In this document: piece after piece, positions 44,878-59,300 of the stretch | How the letters are laid out: each line of letters starts with the position of its first letter | How positions within the stretch are numbered: the stretch's first letter is position 1 | DNA from: the human T2T-CHM13v2.0 reference genome, Homo sapiens | Assembly: GCF_009914755.1 (NCBI RefSeq) | Contig: NC_060946.1 | Reading direction: 5' to 3' (one strand) | DNA: 64,000 nt | Notes under the pieces: generated by a model | Database searches by the model: none | Told to the model about the DNA's origin: nothing | Seen by the model: only the letters and a program-made list of their open reading frames with translations | Position numbers and translations under genes: made by a program

Positions 44878-47825
44878 CACAGAAACAATGTATGGCAAAC
44901 CATGAAGGGCACACAGATGTATTAGAAAGGACAGGCATTCATAACAATAGCCTCCAGACAAGTGACACCACTCAATGAGAAAACAAAAAACGAAATGAAC
45001 AGAAAACAAACAAATGCAATAAATACGTTAAAACTCAACACATCCTCACCCCCACCCCGGAACCGGAGGTGCCAGTTAAGAACAAACAGGTAAAATGTTT
45101 ACCTAAAGTCCTCCTTCAGCTGCTGAGCCTCAACCCCAGGGCAGTTCCCTGCAGATCATAGGCAGGGGCATTCCTCGTGTGCCTAACCTCTCAAGATGCT
45201 AGTTCTCTCCAGGGCCAAAACCCATTTGAAAGAAATCCAATTCTTAAAATATTTGTGAATTAAGAGCATTATAATGTCATTAAAATCTATCATCAGGTGT
45301 CAGGGGTCAGGACCTCAAGGAAAAAGAAATTTCTGCGTGTGAAGAGGACTCTAAAATGGGATGCCTCTTCAGGAGGCAGGTGCTTTCTGGGTAGGCATTC
45401 TTGGCCTGCAGGCTTGATGCTGCCCAGATTCTGAGGATGCTTTCACAAAGCCACCATTAGGACTCAAAGCAGCAGCATCTTGATTCTGTGTGTGGAATCA
45501 AGCACTCCCCAATGACCTACAGCAAAATAACTTAAATGGGATTCAACGTTAAGATGCACCACTTAATGGTGAAATTTGTCTTAAAATGTTTTTGAGATAT
45601 TTGACAAAGCAACTGCTATGTACCCTCACTCTGAACCAATGATAGATTTTCCACCAGCTTTATGAGGGGGTTAATCAGTTTCAGCAATGTGGGTATAAGA
45701 ATGGTGACACTAAGGAATTGGGCTTTTACTTGTCTATCTTACACCTTCTTCTCGAGTGCAATTCCCAACTCACAAATAACTGATCTGCATGGAGCAGCAG
45801 CTGCACCTGCAGGCCCACTGCCATAGGTGAGAGCAAGAGTCACCAGCTCCACAGCGGAGGGTCACAGCGTGTTGAGGCTGGGACCATTCTGTGTTCAGGT
45901 ATCGTGAGGCTGAGGACTTGTTAGAGAAGCAAGAGCACTTCCCTGGGGGAAGAAATCTCAGTCAAGTTCTGTCCAAGGGGTCCAGAGATAGGTAGGGTTT
46001 AGAGTCCAAACCAGATAGGGCTTATCACCTGGTCAATGGTAACTACTCTTCCCCATGTGACACACAGTTCTTCAGCATAAAAATTAAAAACTGAGAGAAG
46101 GGCTCTTTCCCAAGGGTTTGAGCTGTTGGTAAATCCTTGTAGGAAATGCCAGTGCTGCATCATGGGCTTAGCGTGTTTGGGTGTCTCTTGCTGCTTCTGT
46201 TTCATGTTCAGTGGACACCCACCAGCTGCTTGGAAGAGCCAAAGGCAGAGCTGGCAGGTATTCCTGAAGCCTTGGGCACTTGGAGGGAGTGAAACCAGAC
46301 AAGGCAAATGGGACTAAAACTGGATAGGGTAGCGAGGGCCAGGGGGGTGCTTGTTAGAGTCAGAGAAAGGCACCTGACTCTTGAAAAAGGGAACACAGAA
46401 GTGGGAGAGAGGCCTAGAAAGAAAGGTAGGAAGTGCCCATGATCTGCTCTTGCCTATTTAAGTGTTTTGCCTGTGGCTAGACTAAAAATAAGGAATGAGG
46501 GGGGTATCTTCCACTCTTGCCATCTCATCACCCTATTCCCTATATCCAGAACTCAGAGTCCTAATATTAGTATGAGAAATTGGGGTCAAAGAGGCATATT
46601 ATGCTGGCTAGTCTAGAAACCAAACCCTAATTTATAACATTGTCTCTATGGGAAAATATGTTCCAAATTTCAAACAATCAACTTAAAATTTTTTGGAACA
46701 AAATCCATTCATAAGTTGGAGTCTGCCTATAGTTTACTTTATGTATAAGATAAGGTTAAAATATTTTATTGCCTTATAAAGAAAATATGTCCTAGTCCTC
46801 TCAGAAGGTTTATATAAAACTAATTAGAAGCAGATCTGCTGTAATCACCAAAAGTAAGCAATTTTAAACAGATTCTTTACGATGCTATGTGCCAGAAAAA
46901 TAGGTTTCCTTTTGTGCCAAAGAATCTGATTTGCTGCCATTCTCCTGTGATTAAATGGAGTTTCTGCCTCACACGCAGGCGTCTGTCAAACGCTCACACC
47001 TGCAGGGCTTCCAAAACTGGACCTGCTGGCAGGACTCGAGATGACCACATGGAAACCACTAGCAGGCCCTGGACATTCCTTGGGTTTGTTTCACCCATGG
47101 GGCCTTACTGCCAACTGAAGACAAGCATGGCCCAGGGCAAAAACAAAACCAGACACATGCAAGAGGAAGCCAGGGAAGAATCCATCCCGAGGAGAGAGAA
47201 GACACCCACTGGCTGCCGGCCCTGCCCACTGGTGGTGGGGAGCAGCTGGGATGGGCTGTAACACTGAACTGTGGCATGCTGACCTCCTGCCCAAGGATCA
47301 CCTGAATCTGCCCAAAGCTTAGGAAGAAATAAGGATCACTGCCAGTTGGGGGAAGCAGAGGAGGCATTTCCAGAATTAGTAACAATACCATTAGCCTTAC
47401 CTTTTCTACAAAAAAAGCGAACTAGGACTTATCATGTTAACATTTGTTAAGCTTGCTGTGATACAAACTGAGCCAAAAGCAACTTAGTCTGACAAAGTGT
47501 CTAAAACGACTGTGAACCAGGAACCAGCCTACAGAACTAAAGCTAGTGTGTAAGAAAGAATACAGAACCATTAGATATTTAACAGGTAACCAATTCTAGA
47601 CTGAGAAAACTCTAGTCTACCTTCACGCAAGATGCTCAACAAAAGAGAGATCAGAATATGTGAAGGAATAGCAGTGTCTAAGAAACTCCATTTTGATGAG
47701 AATAAGTAGAATAGGGAATGATTTTTAACAACACTCTTCCTAATTCTAACTCTGTATTTACCAAGCATGTATACAGTTTTAGAAAAGGGAAAATTAGAGA
47801 ATTGCCATAGAACAGCCAGTCTTAC

Positions 47826-47948
47826 TGTTTCTAGTTCTTTCTGAGTCTCGTCTTCCATTCTCCTAATGTCTTCCATCGTGAGATCGATCCACTTGTCAAT
47901 CCAACAAAAAAGCTGGCGATGGAAGTTTGTAAATATCCGTTTTTCTTG
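47826..47948 (-). CDS. PITPNB: PITPNB internal coding exon (123 nt; probably exon 10), [41 protein letters not shown]
   Basis: ttgttgttttaaaag|CAA GAA AAA...GAA ACA|gtaaga. Carries the [12 protein letters not shown] motif of PITPs. Its second half is visible in the ORF track (47571..47876). Confidence 0.98.
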
Positions 47949-49569
47949 CTTTTAAAACAACAACAAAAAAGTAGCATAAGATGACAAAAACCTAAGATTA
48001 ATGACACATTAACTTTACATGTTCCAATTAACCCATGAAATTTACACATTTGGTTCAAAAAGACTACTCTGTAGATTTGTGGAAATCATAATTCCATTTA
48101 ATTATCATTGTGTCCAGCAAAATTAAACAAACAAAAAAAAACTTTCCCTGTGAAATGAAAAATAATCTCCTAGGCAAAGGTGTCATGATCTAGTAGAAAC
48201 TAAAAAAATGCGGTGTGTATGACCTAATCCAACACATTCCTGCTGGGCCTGATTTATTTTTACCTTTTTCTAAATGTCAATGAGCAAAGGTCAACTAGAT
48301 TTCTTCTGCTATAAAACTATATATTGTCATTCTTAACATTCACTATGAGGTGGAATACAATAATGCATTGAAAGAAAAGAGTCCTGGGTTCTTTTATTAA
48401 ATTAAGAATCATTACAAACTCTCCCTTAATTTTTCTACACAACATGTTGCTGCCACTATTATAAATATATTTAAAAACCATGTATATAATTAGCGGTTTC
48501 AATTGCTGGATTATTTAAGTTTTATTCAGCTTTCCCAAGAAGAGAGAAAAGTGCATGGAACAGTAAGTACTTCTGGACAATATTCAACTTAAAAATCTTC
48601 TTCCATGAATAGAAAGGACTTTATCAATTACATATGTGACTTCTATTTATCAGAACTGGATTGTTAATCTATGATTATGATCCGAGAGGAAGGAAGAATG
48701 CCAATATTTACAGAATGCTGACTGTAAGCAGGCCCATGAATAATCAAAGTTTCCAGCACTTTGAGATCCTTGTCTTATAAAATACTACAGCAGCTATAGT
48801 TTAAAAATAGAAAAGTTATGATGAAACAGACATAACTAATTGTGGAGATCTGAGATATAATGAGGGCTTCTTTATAATAATAACAGAATAAATATTCGCC
48901 CTACAGGAAAAGTAAACACCAAGGAAATGTTTCAACATTCCTAGGTAGTAACAACCGTGTGCATTTATAAAATTCCAATTCTCCCCTCCTCCTAGATCTA
49001 ACTGCCCATGTTACTTTCACTTTAATAAAGAAGACATAAAAAAGAAACAAGTAGAATCTGGATCCTCAGATTGTGTACCTTAGTTCACAGTGTGCCCATT
49101 TTTCAGTAAAGACCTCTAAAGAAGACATCCCCTGTGACAGCACAAGGCACACATACATATTCTGAGAGATATGGAGGGTAGGGGGAAGGGTCCAGCTGAG
49201 ATGGGGCAGGGGAGTCCTTCAGCAGGCTGGGCCCGCTCTCTCCCTCCAGTCAGGATCAGAACACCAGGTCCTCTTGGGGACGTGCTGTATGGGGAAAGGG
49301 TTCTCTACAGAAGCGCTGGGCAAACCATAAGGTAAGCACTTTGAACAAAAAGCTGCTGTGCTTGTCTCCAAAGAAAGTCCCTTAAAACCTCTGCTGCCAT
49401 CTGTCTTTGCTGCTTTGAGGTATAAAGAAGGGCTGAAATGAATTATGTAGGGACAATAATTTTCATATCATAAAGGAGGAAAAAAAGTAATAACAGAGAA
49501 GATATCCCATTAATAGCTAGCTCCGATCTCATCCTAAATCTAAGTCACCACATTTTGAGCAGATTTTAC

Positions 49570-49680
49570 CTTTTGAATGAAGTTTTCTACTTTGCTTTGC
49601 AGTCCCCACCACTTGAATTTGATGGTCACCAGCTTATAGGCACACATCTGGGGACAGTCAGGGCTGTTTGCCAGCTCCTT
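49570..49680 (-). CDS. PITPNB: PITPNB internal coding exon (111 nt; probably exon 9), [37 protein letters not shown]
   Basis: tttttctcatctag|AAG GAG CTG...ATT CAA AAG|gtaaaa. Contains the class I PITP MCAYK and KWWGLQ motifs. Phase-0 join to both neighbours. Confidence 0.98.
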
Positions 49681-50344
49681 CTAGATGAGAAAAATTGAAA
49701 AGGAGAAATTATGACTTAAATATTTATGTTTTCATTAAAATTGACTGTTGTATAACGACATCATAGACATACATGAAGAAAATTACAATCTCATGTGTTT
49801 AATTCAGATATTTGAAAATTTGAAATCATTTTAGCAAAAGCCGCAGTATTCCCCTGCTGTAAACCCTCCTTCCACAGACCAAGTTACTTCCTAGCTCTAA
49901 AGTTTAATAGGTATGTTGCTCTGCCTCAAATAACACTATTCAGATTTCATATTAAATACCAAATTCTATTCACATCAAACCAATAGTGTCTTTAATACAT
50001 AAGGGTTCTCATAACACCATTACCGCACTCCCACTGTGGATGTGGTGAGGCACAATAAAAAATGACAAGGAAGTTCAGCCTTCTTCTGTATCTTCAGATA
50101 TTGGCAAGTGGAGCTGCACTGTTTATTAACTGAGGTATTTTCAATAGAAGGGAGATATGAAAAGTGATGCAACAGCAAAAATAATCTGTAATTACCAAAT
50201 ATTTGGAGGTAAATCCTATACATACAGACTTCAATTTCCACAAATGACTACACCTCACAGTTTAAATAGTGTAGTCAGGAATCAAATCAAGACTTGTTCT
50301 GGTAAACAAGGGAAAATAAACTATTTTTTTAAAGAGCCAAGAGA

Positions 50345-50760
<416 letters not shown>

Positions 50761-53700
50761 GACATAAATAAACTGGGGTGGGAGGTGGGGCACTGCAACC
50801 TATGTTATTATTGATGATTTCTGTGAGTCTTACTAAGGCTTTGCCTTACTTAGTGAGTTCAATATACTAGCATGTTTATTTTCAGGAAGGAGTGAGTGGG
50901 TGTGAACCAGGAGCTTGCAGCATACATCAGTGACTTAAATATACAGGTCCACTTCCAAGGTGATGTGTGCAGAAGACCAAGATACTTCTGAGCTGACCCA
51001 GAAAAGCCTGGAACAGGTTCACAGCAGTGAGCAAACACAGGCATGGTCCTGTCCTCAGGGGCTCGGTCTACTACAGAAGGCACATATCAAAGCACCACAG
51101 ACAGCAGAGGCAGACTGCAAGTATGGTCTGGGGAAAAGAGCCATTCTGTAAACTTGAAGCCCCAGTGTTGGTGTGCTTACAAGATGATTAAAAGAAAAAA
51201 AAGGGACATCATCTTAGGACTGTTGTGAGGTTGTGCGGACTGAGTAAGGCAGTGTAGTAGGTGCTTAGTAGGTGAGACTGAAGGGCTTAATACACATTAG
51301 TTCTCTCTTTCCCTTGTTCTTTAATAAACGTTGTATTGACCACTTTTGAATCTGCAAGACAGTTTTGAACAAATTGCCTCATAAGAGAAGAAAGTCACTG
51401 CAACACGACGGGGACCCCTTTTATAAAAACTAAATCACTGAGTCAAAGGCCAAAGCTGCCTCTCCCACGGGCTCTTCCCTCTTCACCACTGTCCCTGTCT
51501 TCACACGGTGGTGCCCAGACTTCACCACTGATCCAGTGATCAGTCCCACTGGGTGCTGCCACCACTGCTTGTCAGCTTCAACTTACCAGCTTCAACTCAT
51601 CCCACTTTCAAAAAGCTGCGTGTGAGCAAAGATTCTCAAATCGGCCACATACATTCAAAAAATGATTAATTTCTAAGTCTTATTCTAAACCTCAAGATTA
51701 TTTTTCCTTTATATGACTGAAGCACCAGACTACATTTTTCCCCATTATCTACCATGGCCCAGTTTTAAGTTAATTCTAGGGATATACTATATGAAAAATT
51801 ATTATCTTGGTATTATTAATGCGACTGAATGTTCTATAGAGTCCTACATGATTGATCAACTTTTCTCAAGATATTTGTTCTGTAGTAACATTTCATCTTC
51901 TGAAGAATAACCTGATACATGGGCTACATCAACGAGGTAACACCAGTAAGCAGTTAAATAAAAATATTATAGTAAACTGTTCTCTTGCAGGTGAGCTCTG
52001 TTAACAAAATATCTTGGCTAGCTTAGCTCTATTTTTCCATGACGTTTCCCCCTTAAAACAGAGTACCAATGTGAAAATTCAGGATGTATGTGTATGTGTA
52101 TATGTATACACACATACAAACCCATATTTTAGTAATATAATTCAGCAGGTATTAAGTGGGTACCATTTACCCTTTACTCTGTGCTAGGTGCTGTCAGGGG
52201 ACATAAATGTAGCTAATAGAGAAGAGGATAATTATGTAAATAATGCTGCCCTTGGTGTCAATATTCTCACCCCGGAAACATCCTCCTGTTGTGGATGCTG
52301 GCTTGGGCTAAAATCAAATATTTACATACTACTCCCCTTGCTCTGCAGGCCCCTGGCACTTAAGCTGGGCTCCTGGATGCAGAAGCAGTCAACAAGCCTT
52401 CCATAAGACACAGCTAGCTTCTAAGTGCCCAGCTTTATTGAAATGACAACAAAGTTGGTCTTTCACAGATCATTTGATCAATAAACAATGAGCCAATGCT
52501 GAAGTACTTCCTAATCCAATGAATGTCACTGAAAATCCTCATATGCAATACAACTTGGGTATATGTAGAATATGGCACTTAATTGTGAGATATAGCTGCC
52601 AAACAGTAGCACTAGACTAGGAGTGCTACTTTGTTAAACTTCCTGTTTAACAAAGGTCAGGATCCTTAACCTCTCTCTGGGCCTCATTTCTCCCTCTGTA
52701 ACAGGAAAACTAGACTCTATCAGGACTTTTCATTCTCCACTGAGGAAAAACTAAAAGCAGGGGTGAGCGAACTAAGGTCCTTGAGGGCCAGGATTGGTCT
52801 AGGGCTGTAGGTGGTAAACATTACATATCCTTGACATCCAATGACTTGTCCTAAAACTTCCTACAATTTTGTGTTTTATTCTGTAATATGCCTGGGCTTC
52901 AGGAAATATTCCCCTGCCTGTCACCCACCCATAGTGAATTTCCTCTATGACTGAGTACCCCACCAAACTGCTGATGAACTCTAAGATACTTTCCAGATTG
53001 AACATTAGAAGGTCCTATTAATTATGAGCTCCTGAAAGCTTTCTTTTACAACTTCAAATCATTGGACACTTTCTACTAAATGAAAATCTTGGGTGTACCT
53101 AGAACACTGATGCTTCAGAATTCTCCAGCAATTTTATAAAAACAGTGGGATGAAGCATGGTTCTAATTAAAGGAGTAAGCTAAATGTAATACAAATATGC
53201 CTACACTAAACTTGAGCTCCAAGAACAGAGTACACATACGTGACTTCAACAATCAACCAAGTTTATTTCTCACATTCTTTCTAGTGACTCTGGCAAGCAA
53301 CTCAAATCAATTAATACTGGTAATTCATAAAGTGGCATTGTTCTATAAAATTCATTTTAGAAACTATAAGCCACGGGACAAAAAGGAACCAGTTCCCTAA
53401 GATATCTTTCCAGATCTAAAATGTATATTCAGTCCCAATCTGATTTTTGTTTTCCATCCAATTTACAAGTAATTATTTTTTTAAAAACCCTTCAGAGAAG
53501 AACACGTACCCAACTAAAAAACAAACAACTAAACAGCCTGCTGCCTAAAAACATAAACATTACCAGAAGAAAGTTGAGAACACACAAGCTATATACATTT
53601 TTTTCAATCATTATTATTATTAATGTATACATGATATCTAAAAGTTCTCATACAATTCTCAAAATGATTTGTGGGAGTCATCTGTTAAATGTGAGCTACA

Positions 53701-53829
53701 GTTATTTAAAGTACTGATTAAGTTAAGAATATGGCTTTGAAAGTCTCCATACTTATGATGGCACAGAAAATAGTGAAAATGTCTGAATGTCGTACATTAA
53801 CCTAAAAGAATCCTTTTGGTATCTTCTCT

Positions 53830-54610
<781 letters not shown>

Positions 54611-55139
54611 AAAAACCTAATACACTGAAAAACAAATTGACTCTAAAGAAGTTTTTTTGCCCTCAGCAGAGTATTTTCGGACAAAGACCAACTTTACCCT
54701 AAATTATCTGGGTACTATTTCAAGTCTTCATTCTTCTTTCACTATAAACAATCTGGCTTTTGGCTTCTTTTTTCTGATGTTTAATAAATTAAATCTAAAC
54801 AAAGCTAAACAAAATCAAGTTAAAAGCTGAATTAAGATCTTTAATACGTAACTTTAGTCCATCCCATATTTAATTTTTCTTGAAAGCAATCACAAGGTAT
54901 ACATGCAAAATAAAATGATCAACTCTTCTAGGTTATCAGCAACATGCTAGTGAAGAAATGTGTAACCTTTAAAATGTGAAAAATCTCAATGGGGCAAATA
55001 TTTGGGACCCCACTCTCAGAGCAATGTTCTAGAATCCACAGGACCCAAAGAAGTTCCAGCGTCTCTGCCTAGCTCTCAAGAGGTTCACAGCCTGTGGCAA
55101 GGCAAAGCTTCCTCTCTGGCTTTAAAAAAATACAAATGT

Positions 55140-55311
55140 TGCGCGGAGGGTGAAAGGAAGGAGAGGAACAAAAAAGATAACTATTGGGTATGGGCAGGGG
55201 AGGGGCGGGCGGTGAGAAATACTATGTACAACAAATCCCCGTGACATGTGTTTACCTACATAACAAACCTTCACATGTACCCCCAAACCTAAAATAAAAG
55301 TTTTAAAAAAA
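55140..55311 (+). mobile_element. Short primate L1 (L1PB/L1PA-like) 3' end
   Basis: gataactattgggta...gtttacctacataacaaaccttcacatgtacccccaaacctaaaataaaagtt. Confidence 0.85.
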
Positions 55312-58300
55312 TGTTTTCTGATTCTTTCTTCTTCATTGGCTAAAAAACAACCCCAAAGCAAATAAAACCAAAATCTGAATTAAGATCTTTGACACATAAC
55401 TCCAATCCAGCCCAAACCTAACATTTTCCTCCTCTAAGGCAAAACAGTTAACTCTTTGCTAATCTGCGAGTAAATAAAATGATTTTGCTAATAAATTGAG
55501 TTTTACATAAAGCATGAAAATTTAAAAGGACAACTTAAAAAGGTAAAGAATGGTTGATTACAAAGAGAACAATCAAAAGTTCTACAAGATGAACGTCATG
55601 GGCTAACAAGAACCTCAAATTATGACTCATTGCTACGTAATTTAAATTTCATCTGTAATACAGTAAGCACTAGTTGTGAAATGTTTCCAAAATTGTATTT
55701 AAATAGTTTGTATATTCACTGAATTCCTTACATTTCATGTTTCTAACTGTAAATGAAACTCCCAAGCCTGAGTCATGTTTTTAATTTAACAACACATATT
55801 AGGTTACTCTAAGGTATGTGGATGAGGTCTTAGGGGGAGTAATGTATACTAGAGGCACACAATGTAACTAAACAAAACACAGTGTGTTTAACTGGAGGAG
55901 TGAGCAATCAGTACATGTTATCCACAAGAACTAGTTTCTCGAATCTGTGACAAACAAATATAAACAAACGTAAAAGAGATTTAACATTTTTTAAAAAGAA
56001 TCCAAAGGCATTCTGGAAATGTATTTTCTAAAAATACAGTCCCTTCAGTTTCATGAGACTTGTCAAGTTTACACATACTTTTTCCTATTTAAAACTGTGT
56101 TGGGATGAAGATGGAATAGGTATGTGCTACACTGAACCAGAGTTAACGCTTTGCAAAGACACAGCAGTTTCTGTAAGGCTCATAACTGTCTTCATATTTT
56201 CATTTTTCAATTTTAGGCAATGTGAATGCTTAATTTCAGCTGCTGATTCTGTGATGTTAAGTTTCCAACCCAGATTTCACCAAGAAAGTTAAAAATAAAT
56301 GCACTGCTGGGAGTGCTGCCAGTGTGTGTGCATCAGTAAATATCAACACAAGATTACGAAATATATGTGACGTCTATGTACTGAAATTTCAAGCAGAACC
56401 CCATTCCCCAACTCAGCTATTCTCTCTATTTAGGTAACCTAAACTTTATTTAGGTAACCATTTATTTTAGTAGCCATTTGGACAGACCTAAATTGGACAT
56501 TATATTTCTGTAAATACATGGGAAGTCCAATATTTGATTTTTATTTGGTTTAAGGTAGTTAACTTGAATCTAGCAAATACTTACAAGCCCCTACTATGAG
56601 CAAACCTCCCTGCTTGGCACTGACCCATATCAAGGTAAGTCAGACACAAAGCCTACCGTTTAAAATTCAGTGTGAACAACAGGAGATGGAGGAGGTGGGG
56701 GGAAGGAAGACAGGGGGAATACATAAACCACCACCCTGACCCAAGACACACTGGGAGCCATGAGAAGGTCATCGGCAAGACTCTAGTGGCATTCAAAGGT
56801 GGGGAAGTCCCATCTGGTGGGGTAAATGGAAAATATTAAATGGAAGAAGTAAACATGAGATTAAATGTGAGTTTAAAAAGACTGAACTAATTGTAGGTTA
56901 ATCTAATTTCACAAAAAGGCGAAATAAGATCCAGACAGGAAAGCTTACTGCCTGTGAGAGGATAATCAGTCACATTTTCCATGTTCCTCCAAACTTAATT
57001 TTTTGTATGGCTCACACCCATTTTACTAAAGAGGACTATGTTAAATGCTTCATGCTTGTGGGTGATTACTCCAGGAGTGACACTATTTTCAAGTAAAACC
57101 CCAAGTTCACCTTCAAATGAAACTCATGAAGAAAACTTTGTTTCTGGAAGTGTCTGGAAGAATCTGCAAGAAGCTCACACTGCCAAATTACTTCTTGAAC
57201 CTGAATAAGACATTCATTCGTCTGTGCCTGAATCCTTCAACTCTGTCTGAGAACAGAGACATTCCATAGCCAAGATAAGGTTAGAATTAATCAGTTTCAC
57301 TCTTTGGGCACTTAGCTTCTTAAAGACATGGAACAGCTTTTTTTTGGTATCTTCTGTAGGAGTTAATATAATTAGTACATACTATGTGCTATATATTTAT
57401 TTTAAAAATCAAATAAAAAATGTAGTCATCAAACTAGATATTAAAAAAAAATCAGCCATGCTTGAAGGTCTGCTTTATTATACATAATCCAAAATGTGGT
57501 CTAACCAGAAACTAATTACTAAGCCTCTTTATGCCACCCACTATGGGGTTTCAAATGTGAGATTACAGGGAGGGAACATGTTTTCAAATGCTTCGTATCC
57601 TCCCTGGACCTCACAGACAAGTCGAGGCTAAGAAACAAGAGAGCACCTCCCAGTGTTTCTACTAGGGCGGCTAACAAGTAAAAAACACTGCTCATAAGCC
57701 ACTTGAGTCTCTGGGTGGCTTTCCTGCCACTCTCTATCTCAAAAGAGATTTCCACACCTGAATTTCAACTTCTCCCTCATCACTCACTTCTACTCCTCCT
57801 ATCCCTGGCCAAAAAAATTTTGCAGTTTCATTATCTTAGGTCACTGACACCAAGGGTACCAACATCTTTTCACAGACATGGGGTAGACAAAGAAAGAAAT
57901 CTTGGTAGCATGGCAGTAAACAAATTAACATCTCTATAATGCAGAAATATGGTTTCCCTCCACTGGCATGAAGGATCCAGAATGGCCTCTACGGCTGTTC
58001 TAGAATGAGTCTAAAGCTGACTGAGCAGCTAAACAGTATGAAAAACTGAAAGGCCAAGCTCGGACTGCTGGAGCATTTGCTCAGGCTAGAGTTAACACAG
58101 AAGACAAATGGGGCATGCCTTTATGATGAGAAAGAACATGTACATAAAGATAATTTAAAAACCACCATAATTTCTGGATCAACTTATTTATTTGACCTGA
58201 TCCCCTTATATATTCCAAAGTTCAGAGCTCTGGCTGAGACTTCCGAGACACATCAAGCCCTATAAGGAAGAGACGCTTTGACAAAGCCTCTTACAAAGAC

Positions 58301-59149
58301 CTTTAGAGGCCTAATTATTAACTATCATGTATTTGTAGACACAGAAGCTTAAATCTTCAAGAGGTGTCTGGCTTAAATGAAGGAAGAAATGAGGCCTTGC
58401 CATGGGATAAAAATGAAACCATAATCGTCAAAGGTAGTGTTTCAATCTGTTAAAATAACAATTCCTCACCCAAATCAGGAAGGGAAACTGAAAAGCTAAA
58501 AACAAATGGAAACAGGTACACACACACACACACACAAACACACGTGCACACAGTGCTATAGAGAAACAAGACATTAACATCCATCAGAAATGCACAATTC
58601 TGCCTTGAAGCAAAAATCTTAATCAGGTTATAAATCGCTTTCCTATTACTATGCACACAGTCACTTCATCAAGTGCCGAACCCTAAGTAACAAAAATATA
58701 ATTTCTGCACTCAGATTTTAAAAATTCTTTCTTCAGAGGGAAAATAAATATACAACTGAGGCCTGCATCTCTGGGTTTGTAGTTTTTTAAAAATAAAAGA
58801 TATGTATCACATCATAGGCTAAAAAAATTGTCTGTACTCTTAACAAATGTGGAAAATATGAAAATATATTCCTTAGCAACCTCATCATCCCCTGCTAGTG
58901 AATCCTCTCTAAACTGTGTGGCTCTCTGCTTTATGCATGACCAAATAAAATCACTCATATAACCACGAGGGGTAAAGACACGTGAACCCGGATGTGTTTA
59001 ACAATCCCTAGATACCAGAATGAGGGGAACACATTCTAGAATGAGGGGAACTCTGAATACTAGACAGATAAGAATTACGCATCATAAATACAGGGGCACA
59101 TTTATAGATCTCAGCAACCCCAAGAGACGAAAGACAAAAGCATTATAAC

Positions 59150-59300
59150 AATAACGGTTAACATTGATTGTGCACTTCTTCTGTGCTGGGAACTTAACAT
59201 TATTTCACTCAGTCTTTACAACTACCTTCTGAGGTAGTTACTAAAATCATTTCCATTTTGGAGATGTGGAAATCAAGGCTCAGAGTGAGGGTTAAGTTAT
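59150..59300 (-). mobile_element. MIR
   Basis: tctttacaactaccttctgaggtag...ttccattttggagatgtggaaatcaaggctcagag. Confidence 0.7.

Noticed and set aside
47571-47825. ORF continuing 84 codons past the PITPNB exon into the intron (a possible third C-terminus)
   Set aside because: A strong donor ACA|gtaaga is present and the extension has no PITP similarity. Only intron-retention or intronic poly(A) data could support it.
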